Source: Promethearchaeota archaeon (lineage in GTDB: Archaea > Asgardarchaeota > Hermodarchaeia > Hermodarchaeales > Hermodarchaeaceae). From it: 64,000 bases of DNA. Shown here piece by piece: positions 18,736-27,743 of this stretch. Both the position numbers and the translations under genes were made by a program. Where the stretch lies: positions 420 to 64,419 of the forward strand of contig JBHLPR010000008.1 in NCBI GenBank assembly GCA_048939245.1. The letters run 5' to 3'. Positions within the stretch are counted from its first letter, which is position 1, and the number at the start of each line of letters is the position of its first letter. The notes under the pieces were generated by a model. That model had not been told where the DNA came from. It searched no databases and worked only from the letters and a program-made list of their open reading frames with translations.

Positions 18736-18987
18736 ATGACACAACTGATGCAACCGCAAGCGGAATCAGATCGCATTCTCTGGGAAGTACTACGCGAGTT
18801 ACAACCACATCGTGATCCGCTGCAACATGCAGCAATTCTGCGAGCCGACCAAGTCCAACGGCTTCGCCCATTATTAGATTATGTTTGCCGACTTCACTGG
18901 CGGGCAGGACCCACTGAAGAAGGGGAAGCCGCCTTGAAGCGCTTTGTCTACAGATTTCTCAGTGGGGATATCCCATTTTACGACTAA
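18736..18987 (+). CDS. Hypothetical small protein (83 aa)
   Basis: ATG preceded by GGAGGT (18721-18726, 9-nt spacer). It sits alone in a 517-nt gap. Composition is R/L/Q/H-rich and GC is locally higher than in the neighbours. Confidence 0.4.
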   Translation: MTQLMQPQAESDRILWEVLRELQPHRDPLQHAAILRADQVQRLRPLLDYVCRLHWRAGPTEEGEAALKRFVYRFLSGDIPFYD

Positions 18988-19081
18988 ATAAGCTTTCAAC
19001 CATTGCTCAAACAAAGGTATGAGGAGAGGAAACCCTTCCGCTGGGGGAATCCTCTCCTTAACCTTCCATTCACTAGAAGTA

Positions 19082-20473
19082 CTACTTTTTGATATAACGA
19101 TTGTAGACCCAACCACCAACCGCTAAGGCGACAACAATTACTATGCTAATAATGATGTATTCTATAGGAATTGGCTCTGGTGGAGGTGGTGTCGTGGGGG
19201 TTCCTAGATATTCTCCGACCTCCCAATCCCACTGAAAAATCTGTGAAAAATAATTTGCTACACCTGAATGTGAAATTATTACACCTGCCTCTCTGTTTTC
19301 ACTCACTGATTCGTTACTCCAGTTGATGCTTGAAATGAGTACTCGTTGGTTATCAGCGATAACGCCCTTGTTATGGGTCCATCCAAAGTAGGTTTGATTA
19401 GTGAAAGCGACTTGGACGCCATTTGCGAGGAACATATCTGCGACGTCTTGCATTCCAGAACTTCTGTTATCAAGCATAACTCTGCAAGTCACACCACGCG
19501 CAGCAGCAGCAATTATTGCATCATTAAACTGATTAGATGAACCGTCCCACGATATTTTTGAATACATTTGTTGAATATCTAAAGTAGAGGTTGCGCTGTC
19601 AATTAAAGCAACAATTGGTGGAATACATTCGTTGGGAGACACTAACGAGGTAATAGTCATTGTACCTGTAAATGATTGATTGGAAAACGGAGCTGGATAG
19701 GGTCCAGTGTAAGTGCTTGCAGAAAGGAAAACGTAATCATCACCATCTTGTGTGTAAGGAGTTGCAGCGATTACATCATTAGCAAAAACATTTAGGAAGT
19801 ATTGAACTACATCTGGATTACGGATTGCCACCCCCCATTCACGGTTCCCATCACTATTTATTGGTGGTATTCCGGATTTAGCCCAATTAGCACTTTGAAC
19901 AATCACAATCTCACGATCAATAATAATGAACTTCGAATGATCAAAATAGAGATCCGGTCGAGAATAGTAGGCCTGTACATTAGCCCCGTATCCTGGTAGA
20001 CTTGAAATATTGTAAAGAGAAGCATGTGTCCAGTAATTTTCCGAGCTACTAGCCCAATTACGAGATACAATAACCTGTATATTCATGGTACCATTTCTAG
20101 CTAGTGCATCAGTGAATTCTCTTAGTAGAAACCCATTGCTTATAGCATACATTTCCATAAGAATTTCTTTTTGAGCTCGCCGAAGATAATCTAAAGTAAT
20201 TTCATATGAGGAGTCAGGAGAAGAGAAACAGTCTACAGTTGCTATTCCAGTTGTCGTGTTAGCTACAAACTCACCGCTTTGTGCTCGAATTGTAAATGGA
20301 AGTTTGTGTGAGCTCATTGGTATAAAGACTGGTTGGGTGAATACCAGCAAGCTAAGTACAACTGCTATTGTAGATAATCTAAATACATGGGAACGATCCA
20401 TTGTAATACATTTCCTGTTGAGTCTTGTACAATGGTATCGATTCTGGAGCATTTTCCTATTAGAATCTATCAC
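19082..20473 (-). CDS. Phospholipase D superfamily protein with two HKD motifs, N- and C-terminal TM anchors
   Basis: 463 aa. HKD 1 is HSKFIIIDREIVIVQSANW; HKD 2 is HNKGVIADNQRVLISSINWS. N-terminal hydrophobic segment IAVVLSLLVFTQPVF; C-terminal TM IIISIVIVVALAVGGWVY. The likely true start is Met25 (coordinate 20401). Confidence 0.85.
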   Translation of the reverse strand: MIDSNRKMLQNRYHCTRLNRKCITMDRSHVFRLSTIAVVLSLLVFTQPVFIPMSSHKLPFTIRAQSGEFVANTTTGIATVDCFSSPDSSYEITLDYLRRAQKEILMEMYAISNGFLLREFTDALARNGTMNIQVIVSRNWASSSENYWTHASLYNISSLPGYGANVQAYYSRPDLYFDHSKFIIIDREIVIVQSANWAKSGIPPINSDGNREWGVAIRNPDVVQYFLNVFANDVIAATPYTQDGDDYVFLSASTYTGPYPAPFSNQSFTGTMTITSLVSPNECIPPIVALIDSATSTLDIQQMYSKISWDGSSNQFNDAIIAAAARGVTCRVMLDNRSSGMQDVADMFLANGVQVAFTNQTYFGWTHNKGVIADNQRVLISSINWSNESVSENREAGVIISHSGVANYFSQIFQWDWEVGEYLGTPTTPPPPEPIPIEYIIISIVIVVALAVGGWVYNRYIKK

Positions 20474-20634
20474 ATTTTCCGATATTTTGGGTTTTCATGG
20501 CGACAAAAGCTTGAAAATAATTGAAACAGAATTTATTCGTGATTTTTCTATTTGAGTCTAGTTCATTTCGTGAAAGGTTGATATAGGATACTTAAGCTAT
20601 AATGATTGCCTAAAAAACATTGTAACCATAAAGG

Positions 20635-21126
20635 GTGAAAATAGTGGCTAAAGAACTGAAATATACATTCAAACAATTCCCCCCTGCTGAAAAAGCGTTC
20701 AAATGCCTTGTGAATCGATTAGAATTACAGGTTCGAGAAGAAGACATAGGTGGAGGACTTAGGGCGTTTAATGAAAATCGCAGTTTGTCAATGCAGTTAC
20801 AGACTCGCGTAACTGAACGTGGTGGAATGACTGTTGAAGTTCACATTAGGGCATCAAATGATACACTTATCTCGCATGTTCTCGCCTGTTTTGGTGAACC
20901 AGACAAGGAACGAAAAATGGCTCCAACGGCTAAGGATTTTGCAGAAGTTATAATGACAACCGAATTGGGTGAAGATATGAAGGCTTTTGTTTCAGAAGTC
21001 TGTTCAAAAATGGACATTACAGCTGACCAATTCGGAAATTATCGAGCTATGGTTATAACAACATCTGGTCTTCCTGGTGCTTCTATGGAAATTAAAAAAG
21101 CAGCAAAGAAACTTAAATCCCTTTGA
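20635..21126 (+). CDS. Hypothetical protein (163 aa)
   Basis: GTG-start ORF with a soluble-looking composition and no motif recognised. Confidence 0.45.
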   Translation: MKIVAKELKYTFKQFPPAEKAFKCLVNRLELQVREEDIGGGLRAFNENRSLSMQLQTRVTERGGMTVEVHIRASNDTLISHVLACFGEPDKERKMAPTAKDFAEVIMTTELGEDMKAFVSEVCSKMDITADQFGNYRAMVITTSGLPGASMEIKKAAKKLKSL

Positions 21127-21149
21127 TTACGTGACCTGAAAGACTAAAA

Positions 21150-21317
21150 TTAGCCAAATCGTAATTCATGTGTATCGGATTCGTGACCACAGACTGGGCA
21201 TTTGTATTTCTTTTTCTTGAAAATACAGGCCCGGTGAAATGAAGAATTACAATTCGAGCATTTAATCGGGGTTTGCACCATTTTTCCGCATGCCTGACAG
21301 ACATCATCAGAACTCAA
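21150..21317 (-). CDS. Small cross-brace-type zinc-finger protein (55 aa, non-ATG start), not in the ORF track
   Basis: Hand translation of the minus strand in the frame ending at TAA (complement 21150-21152) gives (TTG)SSDDVCQACGKMVQTPIKCSNCNSSFHRACIFKKKKYKCPVCGHESDTHELRFG. This is eight Cys/His ligands spaced C-x2-C-x9-C-x2-C-x4-H-x2-C-x8-C-x2-C. The frame is open only from 21329, so a TTG (21315-21317) or ATT start is required. The track ORF 21113-21307 is a different, less protein-like frame. Confidence 0.35.
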   Translation of the reverse strand: MSSDDVCQACGKMVQTPIKCSNCNSSFHRACIFKKKKYKCPVCGHESDTHELRFG

Positions 21318-21409
21318 AATATCACATTCCTATTACTCTAATACCTACGGACTTCATGATTAAACGTTTCTCTTGGAGTTCCTCATAGATTAATTCGTTA
21401 AGGAGTACC

Positions 21410-22336
21410 TCAAATTTCTTTTTCTTTGATGTAAGGGACACCTATTGCCTTAGGTGGTATCGATCGGCGGATAATCCCTAATGCTACAATAACGCTGATG
21501 TATGGTATCATTTGGATAAATTGGACATATTGTGAGAGAAACTGAAATTCAGGTAGAATAAGTATCGAGGATTCGATAGCACTTAGAAATCCAAAGAACA
21601 AACCAGAAAGAAAGACACCAAGTGGAGTCCAATTTCCGAAGATTAATGCGGCAAGAGCGATAAATCCACGACCACCAGTCATTAATTCAACGAACCGGCC
21701 AAGTGACCCAATGGATAATTGAGCCCCACCAAGTGCAGAAAGAATGCCACTAAGAACGACTCCTACCATTCTTACCGTTTCCACACTCACTCCAGCAGTA
21801 TCGAGAGTGCTAGGATCTTCTCCTGAAGCACGTAGTCTTAACCCAAAGGGAGATCGAAAAAGGACATAATGACTTAGGGGAAGCATGAGAAACATCAATA
21901 CAATCAATGGTGTGATATATCCTAGCCAAGGAACCGCAACTCCAGGTAAACGTGGAACTGTAGGGGATACACCATGAACCCCCCATATTGCAAAAAGTCC
22001 AAATGTCGTTAAACCTGTAGCGAATAAAATGATGCCTGCACCACTTACAATCTGGTTCCCTTTTAGTTTCACACAAATTATTGCATGAATTAGTCCTAAG
22101 AAGGCTCCTGAAACAAGAGCAGCTAGTAGACCAAACCAAGGATTATTTGTGAACCAAGTTATAGCTACTCCTGTAAAAGCACCCATGAGCATCATACCCT
22201 CTAAGCCGATATTAACCACTCCTGATCGCTCCGAGAACATACCACCTAATGCTGCTAGTACTAAAGGTGTAGCAAATTTCAAAGTAGAATTGATGAACCA
22301 CGCAATTATTAGCGGATTAAAAAGTGAATCCTGCAT
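21410..22336 (-). CDS. ABC transporter permease (BMP/nucleoside-type, YufQ/NupQ-like)
   Basis: 308 aa, about 8-9 TM helices. It is the last gene of the SBP-ATPase-permease-permease operon and shares one base with the upstream permease gene. Confidence 0.8.
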   Translation of the reverse strand: MQDSLFNPLIIAWFINSTLKFATPLVLAALGGMFSERSGVVNIGLEGMMLMGAFTGVAITWFTNNPWFGLLAALVSGAFLGLIHAIICVKLKGNQIVSGAGIILFATGLTTFGLFAIWGVHGVSPTVPRLPGVAVPWLGYITPLIVLMFLMLPLSHYVLFRSPFGLRLRASGEDPSTLDTAGVSVETVRMVGVVLSGILSALGGAQLSIGSLGRFVELMTGGRGFIALAALIFGNWTPLGVFLSGLFFGFLSAIESSILILPEFQFLSQYVQFIQMIPYISVIVALGIIRRSIPPKAIGVPYIKEKEI

Positions 22337-23817
22337 CAGAACGCACCTCCGATAATTACTCCCTTCCTAAATGTCAGATAATAAGAAGAAACAACAAGAA
22401 AGATTCCGATGAGTCCAAGTACTAAAAGAGGTATCGTGAGGGTGTTTACCTGAAATATAAAAACCAATATTGCTAAAACTATCCAACAAATTGATGAAAC
22501 AAAGGCGACAAGAAGACCCCATATTCGTCTCATAAAAATACCTACGAAGGCAACAAGGGCTACAATTCCAATACTAACCATTTGAGCCATGAAGATAAGA
22601 TCGGTTTGAGTATGAGCAAAGCCAATGAAAAGCCCAAGTATGGACCCAGATAGAGTGATAATCGCGGTAAGAAAAATTGGTAATGCACTTTTAGGGTCTT
22701 CGATTATCCAATTGGCATATTGATTGCCTCTAGAAGCCAACCATTTGATTATCTTAGGGGCTGCTACAAATATAACGACTAGTCCTTGGATTATGATAAC
22801 CATCTCTCTGGGAACATTAGCAACTGAATCCATAACAACGGCGCCTGCTTTCAAGAAACCAAAGAACAGGGCACCTAAAAACACACCAAACGGATTATTA
22901 AGACCAAGTACAGCAACTGTTATCCCGTCAAAACCTAGTCCCGCAGACCATCCATTGATGAAGCGATGATGATAGCCAAGAATCTCTCCTGCTCCAGCTA
23001 GTCCCGCAAGAGCGCCACTAAGAGTTAGAGCTAGTACCATCATATATTTTGGATTGATGCCTGCAGCTTCAGCCGCATATAAATTGCGACCCACAGCTCG
23101 AATTTCGAAACCGCTTACAGTTTTATTCAAAAAAAACCAAATAGCAATGGCGCAAATGATTGCCACAATAAATCCAGCATGAAGAAAGGGGGACCCTAAT
23201 AGATTGGGAAGCATGGCTGTATTTTGAATGGGAGAGGTTTGGGGATATGGCGTTCCGGGTTCTTTCAAGGGAAATGTTACCAGCCATTCTGTTAAAAGGA
23301 TAGCAACATAGCTCAACATCATTGTAGTAACAACTTCATGAGCACCACGATAGGCCTTAAGCAAACCAGGAAGAAACGCCCAAGCAGCCCCACCAATTGC
23401 AGCAGCAATTAAACAAGCAATCGGATGGATAATGGGAGGTAACAACGTGTAAATCCCAAGAATAGTCGCTATCATTGCACCGATGTAAAGCTGACCTTCT
23501 GCACCAATATTAAAAAGACCGGCTTTGAACGCAACAGCTACTGAAAGTCCAGTTAGAATTAGAGGAGTTGCATACCAGAATACCTGATCGGGATTTCTGA
23601 AAGCACCCTGAATTAAAACTGCATAAGCAAAAAATGGATCATAGCCTGTTGCAATCATTATAAGGGCGGCTATAAACAATGCAAGAATAATGGAACCAAG
23701 TGCCCAAAACACTTCTTTCAAAATTTCTAATAATGTTCTTTCGAAAGGGCGAAGTTCTTGTCCGCCATTAATTACCTTTTCAACCTCTGAATCACTTGAG
23801 CCACGAATATCGTTCAT
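22336..23817 (-). CDS. ABC transporter permease (YufP/NupP-like) with a C-terminal TM extension of about 130 aa
   Basis: 493 aa. 4-nt overlap with the ATPase gene. The core permease ends near ...IIQGLVVIFVAAPKIIKWL, then four further hydrophobic helices follow. Confidence 0.8.
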   Translation of the reverse strand: MNDIRGSSDSEVEKVINGGQELRPFERTLLEILKEVFWALGSIILALFIAALIMIATGYDPFFAYAVLIQGAFRNPDQVFWYATPLILTGLSVAVAFKAGLFNIGAEGQLYIGAMIATILGIYTLLPPIIHPIACLIAAAIGGAAWAFLPGLLKAYRGAHEVVTTMMLSYVAILLTEWLVTFPLKEPGTPYPQTSPIQNTAMLPNLLGSPFLHAGFIVAIICAIAIWFFLNKTVSGFEIRAVGRNLYAAEAAGINPKYMMVLALTLSGALAGLAGAGEILGYHHRFINGWSAGLGFDGITVAVLGLNNPFGVFLGALFFGFLKAGAVVMDSVANVPREMVIIIQGLVVIFVAAPKIIKWLASRGNQYANWIIEDPKSALPIFLTAIITLSGSILGLFIGFAHTQTDLIFMAQMVSIGIVALVAFVGIFMRRIWGLLVAFVSSICWIVLAILVFIFQVNTLTIPLLVLGLIGIFLVVSSYYLTFRKGVIIGGAF

Positions 23818-25568
23818 TGTTCTGACTCCATACCAACTTGTTCAGATTGAAGTCCAGCCATTAATAGCCCAAGTTCCCGGTCATCGGTCTTTTCTGGATC
23901 TCTCAATGCAACAATTTGGCCTTCAAAAATGACTGCGATACGATCGGCGATATTTCGAACTTCTTCGAGTTCTGCAGAAACAAGTAACACTGCCACACCT
24001 TTGTCACGCATTTCGATTAACACTTTATGGATATATTCAATTGCCCCCACATCTAAGCCACGGGTTGGATGAGAAGCAATTATTAATTTTGGATCTTTTG
24101 CTAAGGCTCTAGCCACAATTAGTTTTTGTTGATTTCCTCCTGAAAGAGTATTTGCTGCTGAGTTAATATCTGCAATTCTTATCGAGTAGGTATCTGCCAT
24201 ATGATTCGAATCATTGGTTATTTGTTTTCCATCTAATAGCAGATTAAGAGGGCCTCGACTATAAGGGGGGTGGTATTGAGAGCCAAGAATCAAATTTTCT
24301 TTTACAGAAAAATCTAGAATAAGACCCCGTTTGTGTCGATCTTGTGGGATGTATCCAATGCCGTGTTCATGCATTTTTCGGGGGTTGTATTTCTTGATCA
24401 GCTCTCCTTCAAGGAAAATCTCTCCACTAGTGGGTTTACGAAGCCCCCATAAGGCTTCAACTAGCTCCTGCTGTCCATTGCCTTCGACGCCTGCTACGCC
24501 TAAAATTTCTCCAGAGCGTACTTCAAGATTGATACCTTTAACAGCTTCAAAACCTCTGTCATCTTTGACATGAAGATCTTTCACCAAAAGAACTGATGAA
24601 CCAGGTATGGCTTTGGTTTTTGATACACGAAAGACTACAGGGCGTCCGACCATCATTTCAGCTAACTGTTCTGCGGAAGTGTCGGCTTTGTTTACAGTTC
24701 CCACAAGTTTTCCATCTCGTAACACGGTGATTCGATCACAGAGTGCGATAGGCTCCCGGAGTTTGTGTGATATGAGAATGATTGTTTTTCCAGCTTTTCG
24801 AAATTCCTCAAGTGTTTCAAAAAGCTCATCGACTTCCTGTGGTGTTAGAACTGCAGTGGGTTCATCAAGAATTAGAATCTCAGCCTCTCTATATAGAACT
24901 TTGATTATTTCGACGCGTTGTTGCATACCTACGGAGAGGTACTGAATTTTCTCTTTAGGATCAATATGAAGCTTGTTTTCTTCAGCAATATGGAGAATCT
25001 TATTCTCTGCCGCTTTCAGATTCAGTGGAGAAATTCGATTAACTGAACCTGTGATTGATCTAGCTAGTCCCTTGAAATATTGTTTAACTTGGTAAGTGAG
25101 ATATTGAGCAGAGTTTCGAGGGGGAATATCTGTAGGGATAACAGCCTTTTCGAATCGACTTTCAAGGTTAATAAAAAGGGGTTCGGACCCTAAAACTACA
25201 TTTTCGGTTACTGTAAAAGGAGGAATGAGCTTGAAATGCTGATGGACCATCCCAATCCCTACAAGAATCGCGTCATGAGGAGATTGGAAATTAACCTCTT
25301 CACCCCGAATCTTGATTGTTCCTGAATCTTTTGAAATTAACCCATAAAGAATATTCATCAAGGTGGTTTTTCCAGCACCATTCTCACCTAAGAGACCATG
25401 AACTTCTCCTGCTCTAATTCGAAGTGTAATATCCTGATTAGCAAATACATTTCCAGGAAAAGTCTTACTGATGTTTTCAAGCTCGATGATATAGATTCTG
25501 GTAACCTCCAGATTTAGGATTAAATAGTAATTTTGATGAGAGGAGGAATTAGGTATTGTCAGGACCAA
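23814..25568 (-). CDS. ABC transporter ATP-binding protein, tandem NBDs (sugar/nucleoside type)
   Basis: 584 aa. Walker A GENGAGKTT, signature LSVGMQQ, Walker B ILILDEPTA. The second domain has LSGGNQQK and a degenerate Walker B (LIIASHPTRGLDV). There is an insertion of about 50 aa between Q-loop and signature in NBD1. Confidence 0.9.
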   Translation of the reverse strand: MVLTIPNSSSHQNYYLILNLEVTRIYIIELENISKTFPGNVFANQDITLRIRAGEVHGLLGENGAGKTTLMNILYGLISKDSGTIKIRGEEVNFQSPHDAILVGIGMVHQHFKLIPPFTVTENVVLGSEPLFINLESRFEKAVIPTDIPPRNSAQYLTYQVKQYFKGLARSITGSVNRISPLNLKAAENKILHIAEENKLHIDPKEKIQYLSVGMQQRVEIIKVLYREAEILILDEPTAVLTPQEVDELFETLEEFRKAGKTIILISHKLREPIALCDRITVLRDGKLVGTVNKADTSAEQLAEMMVGRPVVFRVSKTKAIPGSSVLLVKDLHVKDDRGFEAVKGINLEVRSGEILGVAGVEGNGQQELVEALWGLRKPTSGEIFLEGELIKKYNPRKMHEHGIGYIPQDRHKRGLILDFSVKENLILGSQYHPPYSRGPLNLLLDGKQITNDSNHMADTYSIRIADINSAANTLSGGNQQKLIVARALAKDPKLIIASHPTRGLDVGAIEYIHKVLIEMRDKGVAVLLVSAELEEVRNIADRIAVIFEGQIVALRDPEKTDDRELGLLMAGLQSEQVGMESEQ

Positions 25569-25640
25569 GTTATATTTAATATAAATGATAGATTCAAATT
25601 ATTTCGCAGAATGGTTAAATCTTTGTAAAAAAAGATGAGG

Positions 25641-25657
25641 AGGGCCATAATGGCCCT
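25641..25657 (-). terminator. Hairpin plus T-run just downstream of the SBP gene (intra-operon attenuator or mRNA stabiliser candidate)
   Basis: Perfect 7-bp stem AGGGCCA-TAA-TGGCCCT, 9 nt after the SBP stop. On the coding (minus) strand it is followed by a T7 run (plus-strand A-run 25627-25633). Confidence 0.4.
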
Positions 25658-25665
25658 TTTTATGT

Positions 25666-26778
25666 TTAAAGGAAGTTGAAGTCTGTTGGGACAACTATGC
25701 TGCCATTGATGATTGCAGTAGCGATGTCAGCAAGGATATCTTGTTCCCCTGTAGTTACTTTGTAGCCAGGTGCTAATAGGTCGTTATTTAATTCCCAACC
25801 AACACCACCTTCAGCTAGACCAAAGTATCTGACACCACCAGTAAAGTTGGCGTAAACTGTTGCTTCGCTGATAACCTTGAAGACACCAATGTCAACACGT
25901 TTCAACATTGAGGTTAGAATCGTGGTGTAGGTACCGCTAGGTGGAACTCCAAGGTACATTTGTGGTGCGTCAACACCAATAGTCCATACTGGGTATGCAA
26001 GAGTTCCGTTAACAGCTATTCCTGCATCAAGAACTCCTACACCTGAACCTCCAGCTGCTGCAAAGCAGATGTCTGCGCCAGCTGAGAAGTGCCCTTCAGT
26101 TTGGGTTTGGGCAGTATCTGGATCATCCCATGCTCCAACCCAACTGTGTCGGGTGTTAGGCGATGTGTCATTCGTTACCATTAAAGTAGGATTGGTAATA
26201 TTAGCACCAAAGAAGTAACCAGCAGCAAATTTGTGGATGAGCGGTTCGTCTTTCCCTCCAACAAAGGCGATCATATCTTGTGTCGTCCGTAAACCAGCTA
26301 GGGCACCAACAAGAGCTGATCCTTCTTCCTCGTCGAAGTTAACCTGTACGATGTTAGGATACAATGTTGTATTAAGCCAATATACGTCAACAATGGCGAA
26401 ATTCTGTTCTGGAAAGTCTGCAGCGACTGCTGTCATAGCATCAGCAATTTCAAAACCGATACCGATGATAAGAGCATATGGTGTCGAATATCCTATATGG
26501 AGTGCATACTGTCTTAGCAATGGTTCGAATTCAGCTATTGCTTGTGGTTCAGAGTAAGTGTATTCAATCCCATGTGTATCCCGGGCCATTATGGCCCCAT
26601 CATTACACAAGTCATTGAAACCCAAATCACCGAGTCCACCAGTGCCAAACACGATTGCTACTCCGTAAGGATTCTCTGGAGGAGGTTGCATGTAAATTGT
26701 CCAAAGCACCCAGCCTCCACCGATGCCACCAACAATGATGATGATAGCAATGATTGCATAAAGTGTTCTTCGTTCCAT
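25666..26778 (-). CDS. BMP family ABC transporter substrate-binding protein (purine nucleoside-type), N-terminal TM anchor
   Basis: 370 aa. N-terminal helix LYAIIAIIIIVGGIGGGWVLW with no lipobox Cys. FGTGGLGDLGFND and the overall layout resemble Bmp/PnrA-type binding proteins. It is the first gene of the operon. Confidence 0.8.
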   Translation of the reverse strand: MERRTLYAIIAIIIIVGGIGGGWVLWTIYMQPPPENPYGVAIVFGTGGLGDLGFNDLCNDGAIMARDTHGIEYTYSEPQAIAEFEPLLRQYALHIGYSTPYALIIGIGFEIADAMTAVAADFPEQNFAIVDVYWLNTTLYPNIVQVNFDEEEGSALVGALAGLRTTQDMIAFVGGKDEPLIHKFAAGYFFGANITNPTLMVTNDTSPNTRHSWVGAWDDPDTAQTQTEGHFSAGADICFAAAGGSGVGVLDAGIAVNGTLAYPVWTIGVDAPQMYLGVPPSGTYTTILTSMLKRVDIGVFKVISEATVYANFTGGVRYFGLAEGGVGWELNNDLLAPGYKVTTGEQDILADIATAIINGSIVVPTDFNFL

Positions 26779-26971
26779 TTTTAGGCTCCTCCAAGGGAAA
26801 TTTCTCAGAAACTATGTCTAGTCTCAAAATACAGAAATATATATTGAGCCGACTTATTTCTGATTTTGCCTAGAGAGCTTAACTTGTAATGATTCAAAGG
26901 AGTATAAAAATACTAAGTTTCTGCTTATGAACTGCATAGTGATTTTCTATAGTCTATGTAATTGTTGCGCA

Positions 26972-27562
26972 TTAGATTTCGATTATCCGTCCATTAGGCC
27001 CGACAAGGTATAGCTCGGTGATACCCAAAAAATCGGTTTTTCCTTCTGCTTCGTGCACATGTCCACTATAGACTGCAATAGGTTGCACCTCAGTGATGAA
27101 TTCACGGAGGCTTTGATAGCCGATGTGATTACCATTCCAAGTTAAATCAACTGCCGTACTGTAAGGCGGAGTGTGAGTGCATAATATCAACTTTTCAAGA
27201 TAGTAAAAGCGTTTCAAAATCTGTTCCGCTTTTTCTTCGATTAGCCCAAAGGGGAAACCAGGAAGTCCTCCTCCCAATCCAGCAAACGTTTTCCCCTTTA
27301 TGGTTACAGATTCTCCGTGAAAGTACTGGAAATTCTCGTGTTCGCGGCAAATCCATTTCATTTCGTCTGCATCATCATGATTCCCAGGCACGAAATAAAT
27401 CTGAGTACCGATGTCCAATGGTTCAAGGGTTTCAGTGAGACCCTTTCCAAAACTAGCAAAATCACCCAATCCAAATCCAATATCAACCTGCCCTAAGAGA
27501 CTGGAAATCCGAGCAATCGACTCTTGGTCGCTGTGAAGATCTGAGAAAAACAGAGCTTTCAT
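26972..27562 (-). CDS. Metallophosphoesterase (calcineurin-like, YfcE/MJ0936-type)
   Basis: 196 aa with motifs DLHSD, GDFA, GNHDD and GHVHE in canonical order. Confidence 0.8.
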   Translation of the reverse strand: MKALFFSDLHSDQESIARISSLLGQVDIGFGLGDFASFGKGLTETLEPLDIGTQIYFVPGNHDDADEMKWICREHENFQYFHGESVTIKGKTFAGLGGGLPGFPFGLIEEKAEQILKRFYYLEKLILCTHTPPYSTAVDLTWNGNHIGYQSLREFITEVQPIAVYSGHVHEAEGKTDFLGITELYLVGPNGRIIEI

Positions 27563-27743
27563 TACCGTTGTAGCTTACTGTCTTTTGACAAAAAGCTTGC
27601 CCTTTAAACAACCATGAGACCATCATTTTGCCCCTTATAATGCTCTCATTTGAGAAGTTCTAAGAAAAAGAGGAAAGAGAATAAGGGAAGTGAGATTATC
27701 TTGGAAGAACGATATTTCATACTCTTGTAGAGGTTATATTACG

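Noticed and set aside
19082-20473. PLD-superfamily protein considered as a Nuc-like nuclease or defence effector
   Set aside because: It has two HKD motifs in one chain, an N-terminal signal-anchor and a C-terminal TM anchor. This points to an extracytoplasmic phospholipase/phosphodiesterase. No defence-type partner genes are adjacent.
21113-21307. Track ORF (64 aa, ATG start) overlapping the hand-called zinc-finger ORF
   Set aside because: This frame (MMSVRHAEKWCKPRLNARIVILHFTGPVF...) has no motif. The neighbouring frame gives a regular eight-ligand Cys/His pattern. I kept the zinc-finger frame, at low confidence because it lacks an ATG.
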